DNA of 63,370 bases, counting the filler, from Choristocarpus tenellus KU-1152 (taxonomy: Eukaryota > Protista > Phaeophyceae): the NCBI GenBank assembly GCA_964200185.2. It is 9 parts of 9 records of this genome, joined end to end, with 100 filler letters (N's around TTAATTAATTAA, not from the genome) between each part and the next. Parts side by side here need not be neighbours in the genome. Positions count along the whole stretch, not along the records: positions 37,241 to 47,196 come from CAXNAD020003249.1; positions 47,297 to 52,033 come from CAXNAD020013266.1; 7 more parts are not named here. The stretch is one strand, 5' to 3'. A model generated the notes under the pieces. That model was not told the origin of the DNA. It searched no databases and worked only from the letters and a program-made list of their open reading frames with translations. Below, in pieces: positions 41,015-52,033 of the stretch. Position numbers and translations under genes: made by a program. Within the stretch, counting starts at the first letter, position 1, and every line of letters begins with the position of its first letter.

Positions 41015-44000
41015 TTGAAACCCCTTTTGTCCGCACATGAATTTGGGATAATTTGGGGCATATTCTGACCTGCCTGGTGAAAAAAAAATACTTTTTTTCT
41101 TTTCAATGGGCGTCAACTACTTAACTTGACCAGGCAGGCCGGCCAGGCATCAAGGTTTTCTGAAAGGGCCAGTCCATGATTATCAACTGTTTCAATATGA
41201 CCGGACTGTGGGTCAGCCTATACATTCTAACCGGGCCGGTCCATGTCTATTATCTCTTTCGACACATCCAGGCCACAGGCCGGCCTGCTGTCATGGCCTG
41301 TTACCCGGCCATGCTAGCTCCCTTATATTTCCCTGTTAACACCTATTACCAGGACAACGCCTGTGTCCATTTACTTCATGATGTCCAGTACCCAGGATCA
41401 AACTTGGGTGCATTAGTTCTGTGTGGATTGTTGCGGAGACAACACTTGGACCAATTGGCCATGCAACACCTGTTGTAAGCTTGGCATTTTCACTCACTTG
41501 TTCTCCACCATCTGTAGCCCAGAAAATGCTCTATAATCCATACTGCAAAAAGAGTTGAGTTGTATCATGCATGCATTGCTCTATCTGGGGTTTGCAATAC
41601 ATAACCCCTTCTGTAGGAGGAAGGTCTCATTCCTCGGACAAGAATCAAAGCAGAATAAGATTAGAAAGGACACTGTGAGTGGCAGCAACTTTTGTAGCAC
41701 AAGGGATATGTCCAGAATGATCATAGAACGAAAAACTTGAGAAGGGCATTCATAGCAACACATTCCTATCATTCTACTAGTAGATCAATCCATTTCAAAG
41801 TAACAGCCAATACCCACCTCATGATCGTCTGTGCCTATCAGCATCACTGCAGCCTCCACTGCACCTGCATCCACAATGGACTTCTTGTGGTCATCGTGTA
41901 ATGCCATGTTATGGATGGTCAGGGCTGCTAGGCGGCGAATCTCATCAGAGGGCGAAGAGAGGCGAGACACTAGAATTGGCACACATCCTAGTTCGGCAAG
42001 GGAAGCCTCTATGTGGTCAACGTATGTGAGGGAGACCATGCAGCGGAGCGCAGCTTCTTGGATTGGTTTACTGTTGTCCTCACAGCAGAACCTTGTTGGA
42101 GGCATGATGAGTACCCAATGTTGAGGTGTTTTGAATGGAGTGGGGTTCGGGAGCAGATGGTCAAATAAAGTTTGAGCTGTGTCAATGACAGATCAAACGA
42201 AAGTAATTCAGCATATTCAACCGTATGGTACTGTGGTACTGAATCGTTCTGGGAGCAACATTTAACCGGGTTGATGCAAACAAAGGGATCGATGGCAACA
42301 GGTATAGTTTGATTGCACTAAGCCTTTTTCCTTGAAGTCAGAATACACAATCCCCATGAGTACTTACCTACCTGATAGTGGGTACCTCTGTCCAGACAAT
42401 ACATCACCTCAATGAGAGAGTTCGCTCAAGCTCCTCTTACATGCACCAGCAATAAAACACGAAAGGAACTTAAACACTGGTTCCTCAACCTAGCAAAGAG
42501 GCATTGCATCACCTGATCAGTGCTGGGAGTGCACCATCCTCCTCCTGAATCCTGCGCCGATTGTCATCATGATAGTAGAGAGCATTTGCAAGGCAGGTGA
42601 GTGCATTTGTCTGCACCGGCAACCATACTGACGATGTCAGGTAGAAAAGGTCTGTCATGTACCTACCAATGCGTTCCTGCATTTTCGTCAACCAGGGGGG
42701 TGCAAAATGTTAGTTTGAGAACAAATCTTTGTTGCGGTTTCCACCAGGAAAAATATTGAAATATATGATAAAACAGGGAAGAGGGTTTGGTGTTGGATGG
42801 CAAGAATGAAGTGAGCTACTACATAACAACAAGGGATGAAGGTCACCCCGCTATTCTAGCTCATAGTGACCTCGTATAGATATTTATGTGGGTGTTGAAA
42901 TAACCATTCCCTAATATCTTAGCCAATCAATATATCTAGGTTACACAAAGTGTTCAATTTGCATGCGCAATGACCCAAAGTATCTGGGGGAGGGGGGGGG
43001 GGTCTACCCCGGAGTGTCCATTTGGACCAAAACCAGGAAAGGTGTACTTTCATTATCCATCCAACATATGGAACCAAATCACCCCAAAATCGAGATATGA
43101 AAAAATTGCCCCCAAATGGACAGACGCCTCTCCCCCCAGATATTTTGAGCCAATGGGCAGTATGGTATACACCCATAGGTTCCAAGTATCCAATCAGTCG
43201 TTGCATCATGACACAACAAGCAGCACATTAAAGCATTGGTATCTTCAAATATTCATGTAGCGTAAAAATTAAACTGAGTTTTATGTGAGCTGGAGTGGGC
43301 TCCTCCATTTTCACTTTGTCTAACCCTCTACTGGCAACAGTCTAAGATGATAGATAGTTTAAGCGATCCACCAAGAGGATGGGCGCCAAGTTCAGGAATA
43401 GATGGAGCCGTTACAGCAGCTCACTCAGGGTGGAGTCCCCAGTGGAGCTTGAAGTAGAATTTCACTGGAGTGTTGGCTTAGAATACCCACCTGGTTGAAC
43501 GGATTCCATGCCAGATTTCCCAGCGCCCACAGAGCATTAGCACAAACCATGTCATCGTTTGACTCGCAGAGAGCAAACAGTGCCTCCACCGCACCCTCCT
43601 GGCCTATGATTGACCTATGGTCTTCGTGTTGACTGATGTTGCCTAGGACAAGAGCGGCATGGCGCCTGACCTGATAAAAGGACAGATAGTTGGTAGGAGC
43701 ACATGTCATGTCAAGGAGTTTTTGAGCGCATTAGTCATCAGAACAGCAATTTTGAAATATGTTTGGGGCGATTTTTCAGGATGGTTTTGCTGGTGGAAGT
43801 TCTGCACGTATGTTTCGAGGTAGGGAAGGATCAGAACCAAACATTTCACAGACTTTCAGGGCAACAACTCCCTTATGCCAGGGAGACAACTAATACTATG
43901 GACTTGGATTAACATTATTGACAAAGCCAACCTCAAATTTACAAAGGAAATCATGCAAGTAGGAATGTGATTGAGGACATGCCTATGACGTATTTCAAAC

Positions 44001-46352
44001 AGAGATATGGGAGCATAATGCTGTTACGAGTTTTCTCACTTCGGAATGATATGGAACAAATATGATGGAGATAAATCAACCAGTGGAACGTTCTGCAATA
44101 CCATGAAGGAAATAATTAGTTCAATCATGTCTCGTCAACAGAACATTACTATTGAAGAGGTTCTTCGAAGTATAGTCATTGGTTCAATACAAACTGAAGA
44201 GCAACAATCCTTGCCTGCAGGTTTCTTGATCCACAAAGAAGAATTATAGGGCCAACTCCCAAGGCATGAATACGTGCAGCACAAGCATCACCATAGTTCC
44301 TTGTTGCATTGGCCAAGGCCTCAGCAGCATTAGCATGTATCTCCTCGACCTATACATTTGTTGAGGTTGATGTAAGCAAGAGGTAAAATGTTCAAAAATA
44401 CCACTGTCCAAGTACATTTACAGCAGATTGCACGATCAGATCAAACTAGATGTACTGACACTTCATCACTTCTAGGCTTGAGCAGTTTCTAAATTTCAAG
44501 CTGTGGTGATAATGGTAGTGATTCTACTATAAATACTACTGATACAGTTTATCTACAAATTTTTCTTCACACTTTCAGCAGCATTGTGCCAATGAATTGT
44601 TTCCTTCTATGAAATGGTTACAAGATCAAATCAGTAGTGCATATAGTGTATAACTGTAGTGAGGTGGTAATCATATCAGCATTCGAAATGGATGTTCCAG
44701 GTATCCCAGCAGTTGCATTTTCCATGCCTGTACTGCATCATCATGGTATATTTTATATACCTTCTGGGATATACCCACAGACATATGTGAGGTACATGAG
44801 CAACAGAGTGTCTTCATCTGGCGTCAATATGACATGGGCTACTATAGTAGGGAATATAACACCTGGTGATATGTTCTAGGATACTGATGAGTCAGTCACA
44901 GTACTCATGCCTCCTATGTTCTACCCAATTGTCCTGTGAATGATGAACGGGCTGGGTTGATATGTGGCCATAAAAGTAAGAAATGGAGCCTCAATCATGA
45001 TACCTGATCACTGTCTAATAAGTTGGTCGCCCGGAAGGAGGACACCAGCCCTACAAGGACACCAATCCCGCCTGCGTCCACTAGTCGTACTGTGTTTCCC
45101 TCATGGAGGCACATCAGATTGGCAAGTGCTGCAGTTGCTGCCTCCAACGCATCTACATCCATCCTCTCACCACCGTCCTCAGTCACTGCCCTACCTAAAT
45201 CTGATCCCCCATTGTCCTTTCCTCCTTCCTTCCCCTCCTTATGTCCATAGGGATCGAGTTTTGGAGATAAAGGTGGACCCCCTGCAGCTGCAGCACGATC
45301 AGAAGCACGCCCCTGACAGACCAGCAGCAGTGCCTCCACCCCACCTGCCTCTCCAATGACCTCCTGGTTTACCCGTGACCCTTGGCCTAGGTTGGTGAGG
45401 GTTGCAGCAGCGTATGCCTGTATCTCTACATCAGGGTTGGAGAGCAGATTAACCAAAGCTAGTACACAACGTGAACATTGGCCCATGCGATCAGCATTGT
45501 CATAAAGGTAGGCTGCCACACTCAGTGCTGCTGCTGATGCTTTCACCACTTCCCAATCGTCAGTCTCAAAGCACATCTCTACCTATCAGGGGAATGTGAA
45601 AAAGCGTATCTTGTAAATGATTGTGGTGGTTGAACTGAGGTTTAGTGTTTGGGAAAAGAGATCGAGCATTGTAAGTAATTGGGACTGAGGTGTGCGGTTA
45701 GATTGTTGTGGAAAGCGTTTGGCATGAAAACATGGGTTACACTGTCACTACATGATGATGCGTTGACCTCCCGTGCCAGGTTTCAGAACGATTCTTGACC
45801 TACCACATATAAATTTCGGATGGTTATCCCTTAAGCCGAATCCAAAGTCAAGAAAATTCTCACCAACATGCTCAGAATACTGCCTAGTCCTCCACTTTCT
45901 TGGGCTTTGACTTTATCAGTGCCTCCAAGTTGCTTCTGATTAGCTCTGTTTGGTCCCTCTTTCCTTCTTGTCCGTCGCAATGCCCATTGTCTCCTTGCTC
46001 TTACAACATCTCCTGCACTCAATAATATCTCACTTTGGAAATCATCAACAAAGTCCTCAGGACTTGACTCCTTTTCTGCCTTGCCCTCAGGCTTGTCACT
46101 GCCTCCCTCTTTCATTCTTTGTTGTAGATAAGGTTCATCTAGAGGAGGCACAGTGCTCGTCTCTTCTGCTTCCTCCATTGCCCATTTCTGCTTAGGGTCA
46201 TCCTGGGGTGCAAGACATACGTGTTGGTCTATGTGCTGCTCGGGGTCTTCAAATGTGCGTCCCCTGAGCCGAAGGCGTTCTTCCTCTGCAGGACAGCAGC
46301 GTTCAACCCAGAGATCCCAGTTCCTGTAGATATCCCATGCCAGAACGCGAGC
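37311..46352 (-). CDS. Armadillo-repeat protein (Vac8-like), partial at both ends; exons 46352-45864, 45582-45004, 44349-44215, 43670-43491, 42676-42513, 42091-41818, 38863-38702, 37499-37311
   Basis: Many ARM repeats: LVNLLSNPDVEIQAYAAATLTNL, VRRHAALVLGNISQ, GAVEALFALCESNDDMVCANALWALGNLA, GCVPILVSRLSSPSDEIRRLAALTIHNMA. Exon phases are compatible, with one GC donor at 44214. Confidence 0.9.
37567..37825. mobile_element. MITE family B, 259 bp, inverted orientation, intronic, 4-bp TSD AGAA
   Basis: Reverse complement of 26024-26282; AGAA on both flanks. Confidence 0.85.
40953..41013. repeat. (CA)n(TA)n compound microsatellite
   Basis: Direct inspection; other microsatellites at ~4376-4398 (CA), ~20790-20820 (AAT), ~38447-38481 (TA), ~47082-47104 (TA). 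Confidence 0.95.
42972..43151. mobile_element. MITE family A, 180 bp, intronic, AAT on both flanks
   Basis: Full copy with both TIRs; colinear with 26328-26509. Confidence 0.88.
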
Positions 46353-46470
46353 CTTGACATACAGGAGATGGTACGGAATGGAGGCGAGTGGGAGAGAGAA
46401 AGAACATCAAGCAATGCTCGTCATGGAGGATTTATATTTGTAGTACTTTGATCAAAGTGCCCAGAAGGTC

Positions 46471-46721
46471 AAACTGTCTGAGAGGTAGGCGGGGTTGCAT
46501 TTTAAGGATCCCGTGGAAGGGCAAAACGGTGTCGTTTTTTTCAATTGAAGAAATCGCCTTTGCTTAGTTGTGGTGTCACTTTATGTGTGCGGGAGGGGGG
46601 AATGTCAATTTTGCATACACTATTGTGCACATAAACCATTGAAATCGAGTGCATTGCACAGGGTAAGAAAGGTGGCTTAGAATGCAATAGGGTCTGAACC
46701 TGCCTACCTCTCAATTGGTTT
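46471..46721. mobile_element. Candidate ~250-bp MITE (inverted repeat TGAGAGGTAGGC / GCCTACCTCTCA)
   Basis: A 12-bp perfect core within a ~25-bp imperfect inverted repeat; single copy here. Confidence 0.45.
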
Positions 46722-47112
46722 GGCTCAGAGGAACTGAGTGGTGAATTGATATTCTATGTTGCTGCAGGCGGCTTGTCGGTCAAAGGAGATCCTTCTTGTC
46801 TGGTGCAAGTACTAGTGTGGTATTGAATTTAGAATTAAAATGTCTGAATCACTATTGAATTTAGAAATAAGATGTATGAATCACTTTTCTACGCCCAAGA
46901 ATATATATTATTTACGGATAGAATGAGTACCTACGTAAGATTTGATTCACAGCATGTTTCTTACCTTCTATTTCTCCCTTTAAGATGGTCCACTTATAGG
47001 ATATGATAGTGCAATTAACTTCCGATTCGATCCAGTCAAAACTAATTTGTGTTATGCTTCCAAGCAATGGCTACTCCTTAGATATATATATATATATATA
47101 TATATTTATGTT

Positions 47113-47196
47113 GGCTCCAAGTATCTGGGGGGGGGGGTGGCGACTGTCCGTTTGGGGTCAATTTTCCATACCGCGATTTTTGTGTGATTTTGGTGC
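47113..47196. mobile_element. MITE family A end at contig terminus
   Basis: GGCTCCAAGTATCT-G-tract-TGGCGACTGTCCGTTTGGGG. Confidence 0.8.
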
Positions 47197-47556
47197 NNNN
47201 NNNNNNNNNNNNNNNNNNNNNNNNNNNNNNNNNNNNNNNNTTAATTAATTAANNNNNNNNNNNNNNNNNNNNNNNNNNNNNNNNNNNNNNNNNNNNGGAC
47301 AGTCGGACGAGATGATATTGTTGAAACATGAAAAACATATCACATGTGCATATACGTACATAGGTCAGTCATTACTCCACGCCGAAGGGATCTATATCTT
47401 TGTATATCAGACATCTAGGCATGGTAACTGCAAATTGAACCGGGTGAGTACGGTCGGATGACATTGTTCTCAGATAGGACTACTATTATTGTGTGTTCAA
47501 GCAGGGGGGAACAAGACCTTGGTACAAGTGACACTGTGCACATACTTCAAACCCAC

Positions 47557-47993
47557 CTCTTCACGCTGGCGGATACTATTGCGTTAGGTGTACCTTTGCA
47601 GGCGTTGATGACATGTTTGGATATCCCGAACGATGCCTTGAAAAACATCGCACAGACGGGAATGCCGGCCGCGAGCATAGATCCACATCCAGGTCCAAAC
47701 TTAACCACAGGTACACGATCCAAAACGAACTCCTTGCGATCTTGGCGGTTGTCACACGCCCTGATGATGTCCTGTTCTTTGACCAAGGTGCGTGCAATGA
47801 AGGACTCGCCATCTGCCGCGAGCTTCTGCACACAGGCTAAGTGCTTGCAGCACTCATCATCCTGTTCGTTGACTGGGATGGGTTCAACCCACCCCAGTCG
47901 AAGCTTGGCGCCGGTCGCTCAAGCGTCATTGGCTTGAAGCTCCTGCGCATGATTGTTGGCGGGCTGGTGTGGTGGCAACGTGGGGAGAGACAT
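47557..47993 (-). pseudogene. First exon of a Cys-rich protein resembling the N-terminal region of Sola-type transposases; one in-frame TGA
   Basis: MSLPTL...DA*ATG...DECCKHLACVQKL...RKEFVLD...GIPVCAMFFKASFGISKHVINAC, ending at an AG|GTGGGT donor. The CCxxxxC...VCxxFFxxxFGIS pattern recalls Sola-like transposase N-termini (recognised from memory, not searched). The DDE core is not in the contig. Confidence 0.5.
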
Positions 47994-48112
47994 AGGCGAC
48001 ACAAGCCATCCCCTTGCTGTGGAAGCAACTGGCATGGTCTTTTCGAGCAACAACAGGCAGTCTTAGGCAGCGAGAAGGTGTAGGAGTTATTACATTCGAA
48101 GACGAGCGTATG

Positions 48113-48740
48113 AACTTTGTTTTCTCTTTTTCAGGATCGATGGGACCACCCTTTCGATCCCACCGACACTGAAAATCCGTGCGTGACATTTTTCAGAAGT
48201 TGTAAATCAGATTATATATGCGAATTCTATTTTTAAAACTTCCAATTATATCAGCGTTTGTATTTTTTAAGATACCAAACACATACTCGATTGTTATGGT
48301 GCATGTCCAATGTTCCGAAGTAAACTTTGTTTCGTCCTTGGGCTATCGGTGGGACCACCCTTTCGATCCCACCGATCCTGAAAATCCGTGCGTTACATTT
48401 TTCAGGAGTTGTAAATCGGATTATATCCGTGATTTCTATTTTTTTTTAAATCCAATTATATCAGTGTTTGTATTTTTGTAAGATACCAAACACATACTTA
48501 GTTGTTATAGTACATTTCCAATGTACCTAAATCAACTTTTTTTCATCCTCGGGCGATCAGTGGGACCACCCTTTCGATCCCACTGATCCCGAAAATTCGT
48601 GCGTTACATTTTTCAGAAATTGTAAATCAGATTATATCCGTGATTTCCATTTCTAAAAAATATAATTATATTAGTAGTGATTTGTATTTTTCAAGATATC
48701 AATCACATACTAAATTTATCTTGTATGTTTCCAATTTACA
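48113..48740. repeat. Three tandem ~210-bp repeats, each with a hairpin (ATCRGTGGGA-CCACCCTTTCGA-TCCCACYGAT)
   Basis: Units start at ~48113, 48323 and 48534; GGGACCACCCTTTCGATCCCAC is invariant in all three. Confidence 0.92.
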
Positions 48741-48821
48741 GTAACCAGGGTTAGTCAAAAAACAACCCCAACCCTCTATCTATGTATTTGAAGTACAAAA
48801 TCTTACCGAATCGGACATGAT

Positions 48822-49333
48822 GAGTGAAAGTATCTTAGAGGGTATGATTTTTGCCCTGTTTGTCCGTTTGGGGCTTGGCCTCACACGTTCTTCTATTATA
48901 AATTTTTCCTACTCCGAGATATTTTAGAGTAGTAGTAGGTGAAATATTTATTATGTTGTGGAAAGGTGTGTATGGAACAAGGGTATTGACACTCCCTAAC
49001 ATACACAACAGACAAAATTTAATCAAAATCGCAACATTGGAATTTGCCCCAAACAGACAACAAACAGAGAGCCAAAGTATCTTAGAGGGTAGAGTAGCGG
49101 TCGTTTGGGAGCCAAAATCCAACATTGTGTTTTGGACATAATTTTGGTCATCTTGTTTGTTAGGAAGTATCAATGTCCATGTTCTGGACACAGTTTTTCA
49201 TAACATTTACATTTTACCTACTACTCCAAAAAATTTTGGAGTAGGAAAGTGTTACAAAAAATCTCACAGGAAGCCAAGCCTCAAATAATGGAGAAACAGG
49301 GCAAAACACGTACCCTCTAAGATACTTTGAATC
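48822..49333. mobile_element. Two MITE family B copies in inverted arrangement (48822-~49057 lacking its second TIR; 49069-49333 complete)
   Basis: Both align to 26024-26282, in opposite orientations. Confidence 0.85.
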
Positions 49334-50063
49334 ACATAGCGATTTTCATAAACGTGCAAGTCGATAATAAGAGTCACTTTACGTAAACGTACTAACCACT
49401 TAGCACTTATTCCCCATGAGTCACTTTACACGTGCGTTAGGGTTTAAAAAAAATACTAAACTCACTGAAAGCCGCGCTTAGGGTTTTTTTAAATACCAAG
49501 AACGAACTTCAGGGGTCTCACACGTTTCCAATTTCAGAAAACCTAAGAAGTCATTCCAACTGGTATCCACTACTTAAATAAACCTTAAACCCACTTCTTG
49601 TCGTCTTTAGGGTTTAAATAAATACTAGATAACATAAAAAAAGTGGATCAATCGTATTCCTGCTTGCTGGTTAGCAGTAATACCGTTGAACACTCAGGAC
49701 ATGTGCGGTAGGGTTTTTCCGAAAGTAGAATGGTATTCTAATCTTTACACCAACAAATACGGATACAAAACACATCCTTCATTGATCTCATACGTTCAAA
49801 ACGTGATAGTAGGTCGAAAAGTTCAAGAAAATACAGACATCCTCTGTCCCAGTTCAATATGAAATCCTATGCTGTTTGATATTCATATTTTTGTAACGCA
49901 ATTCTCATAAAAAATGTGCAATCTGAGTTTTGAGGATCGAAAGGTCAGATGACATAAAAAAGCACCTACCATCCCTCAGTCCTCATTTCAATTCATTCCC
50001 TTCCATAGATACCAAGCAGACCTCTTACTTACCCATCCCCATCACACTAACCCAATCTTTGTC

Positions 50064-52033
50064 ATGTCGAACATTTCAAGAAAAACAACCCACCCGCCCG
50101 CCGATGGGAAAAGTTTGAAATCCAGAAGCCAGGACCTAGCCCCTACTGGCATGTCCCGGCTATTGGATGAACATTATCTGGGGCCATTTAAGATGAAGCT
50201 GGGACATATCACATGCACAGATATGGTGCGTTCTTTGAGCGAACGTGGCCTTGCGCGCGTGATGAAGTCAATAAATGAGAAAGGCTGGCTGGAACAGTTT
50301 GCCCCGAGTGTTTGCATCCAGAGAGAAAGTTTGGGTAATGTGGATCAACTGAACGCCGAAACGGTCCTTGCCATTGAAGGGCAGTCTTGGACGGAAACCA
50401 TCGAGTAACAGTGCTGAAGAGATTGTTTGATCCTGAGCACGCTCTCACCATGCGAATCTACATGGAGTTCAACCAAACAGAAGAGAGGCTAATTGCCAAC
50501 GGTGGGTGATGGAGTGTTTTCGTTGTTCCATAATTGCCTGACCGTTCTGATCAACCAAGCGCCGAAGTAAGTTGAGTGTTTTCGTTGTTCCGTGATCACC
50601 TGATGACTATTCTGATATACGAAGTTGTTGTCGAGTTTCCCTTGCTATGTTCATTGTCAGTCAGCCCATTGTGGATCTTTTCTTTGCTCATCTTTTTTAT
50701 CCCTCGTGGTATTCCTGTCCACAGCAACAAGTTTCTCGGTGCTGCAGGCCGTGTGTGTCCCGCGATCGCTCCCCACCTAACCCTTGTCCCGTTCACCCAC
50801 TGCACCGCTATGCTTATAGCATTCAACTACGCAACAGAGAGTGTGGTTGAGCGCACGTTATACGATAATATATATTTTCAGCACAAGCTCCAACAAGCTA
50901 TCAAGCGACAGAGGAAGAACAAAGAAGTGTCAATAGGAGATATCCACAAAATGTACCAGCAGGTGAGAGAGTTGTCGACATTGGTGGGATTGTCGCGCTC
51001 TACTCCTCTTCTAGTTGGGTTACAGTTGTTGCGAGATATGCCTGTGTCGAACTATACAACCTAAGTTGAGATAGTTATCCCGCGTTTAGATACCCTGTCA
51101 ACCAACTTATTGATCTTCGGGTGACCATGTAGTATGTATGTGTGGTTAACCAAAGACATGCAATAAAAATTATTGTTTGCAAATTTTGCATTGGTTATTT
51201 GCCTTGCGTTCCACACTCATTGTACTATAATAATGTTAGTGGTATGAGATTTCAAGAATCCCTACGATAACTACTTGTGTGATGTCACTGTCAAGTTTGA
51301 CGCATGCTGGACCCACGCGCTCGCTCTCGCCTTCTCTTCATTCAGAGGCTCTTACTGCGTCGAAGGTGAGCTTGATTGTGGAGGATCATCCCCTAACCCT
51401 AATATACAAGACGAGGAGGGGGGGCGCCCTCAATTAGGCACAGATAACCATCTCAGATGTTGTCAGGACATAATTCTTCTCGCGCACAATGATGGGATGT
51501 TCACATGCAATAAGTGAGTCACCGTCGACGACATCTTTGGCCATGGGCGTGATGCATCTCCTCCGGTACTCCAATACAAATACGAAGGTGCTGCCTCGGA
51601 CATCCCCATGAGGGCCCTCCACTTCCTCGTTAACAGGTTCATCAATAACGTCACACACATCCTTCATCACAGGAGCATTGTTTGTTTGTTTTTTGTAGAA
51701 GGTATAGGACATCGTTAAACAGTAACAGAATGAGCTGGGTGACGGTTCAGGGGCGTCAATCCATCCCTTGAGTTTGTTTCCCGAATCGGTACGTTAAGCG
51801 TCGAAACACACAAAGAGTGTGTTGCCCTGTATCGGAACGTACTGCATACACTGCGAAATGATGAATCCGTGCGCAATACAATATACCACATTAGGGCTAA
51901 TTTACGAACTGCCCTCCCACGCTAGGTACACGAATGCTGGGGACACCGTCGTCTCCTACAGCGCAGAGAGGCACAATGTGGTGGAGGCGGCCCTTGAACG
52001 GAGCAGGAGGGTGGAGGTGTTCGTGTCCAACGC
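50064..52033 (+). pseudogene. Decayed spliced gene: ParB/Srx-like (ParBc) N-terminal domain plus downstream beta-class N6A/N4C DNA-methyltransferase-like segments; segments 50064-50501, 50820-50962, ~51346-51636, 51926->52033
   Basis: ParB-like: VRSLSERGLARVMKSINEKGWLEQFAPSV...VLDGNHRVTVLKRL...ERLIAN|AFNYATE. MTase-like: VEDHPLTLIYK...LRCCQDIILLAHN...DIPMRALHFLVNR|YTNAGDTVV...VEAALERSRRVEVF. Phase-compatible GT-AG introns. Lesions: a frame change near 50384, a frameshift in the G-run near 51420, and TGA at 51515. Confidence 0.6.

Noticed and set aside
46445-46458. ACTTTGATCAAAGT palindrome as a fused-TIR excision footprint
   Set aside because: Too short to distinguish from chance.
48113-48740. 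CRISPR-like array (palindromic ~32-bp motif at regular spacing)
   Set aside because: The sequences between hairpins are homologous to each other and ~180 bp long, and no cas genes are present; it is a tandem repeat.
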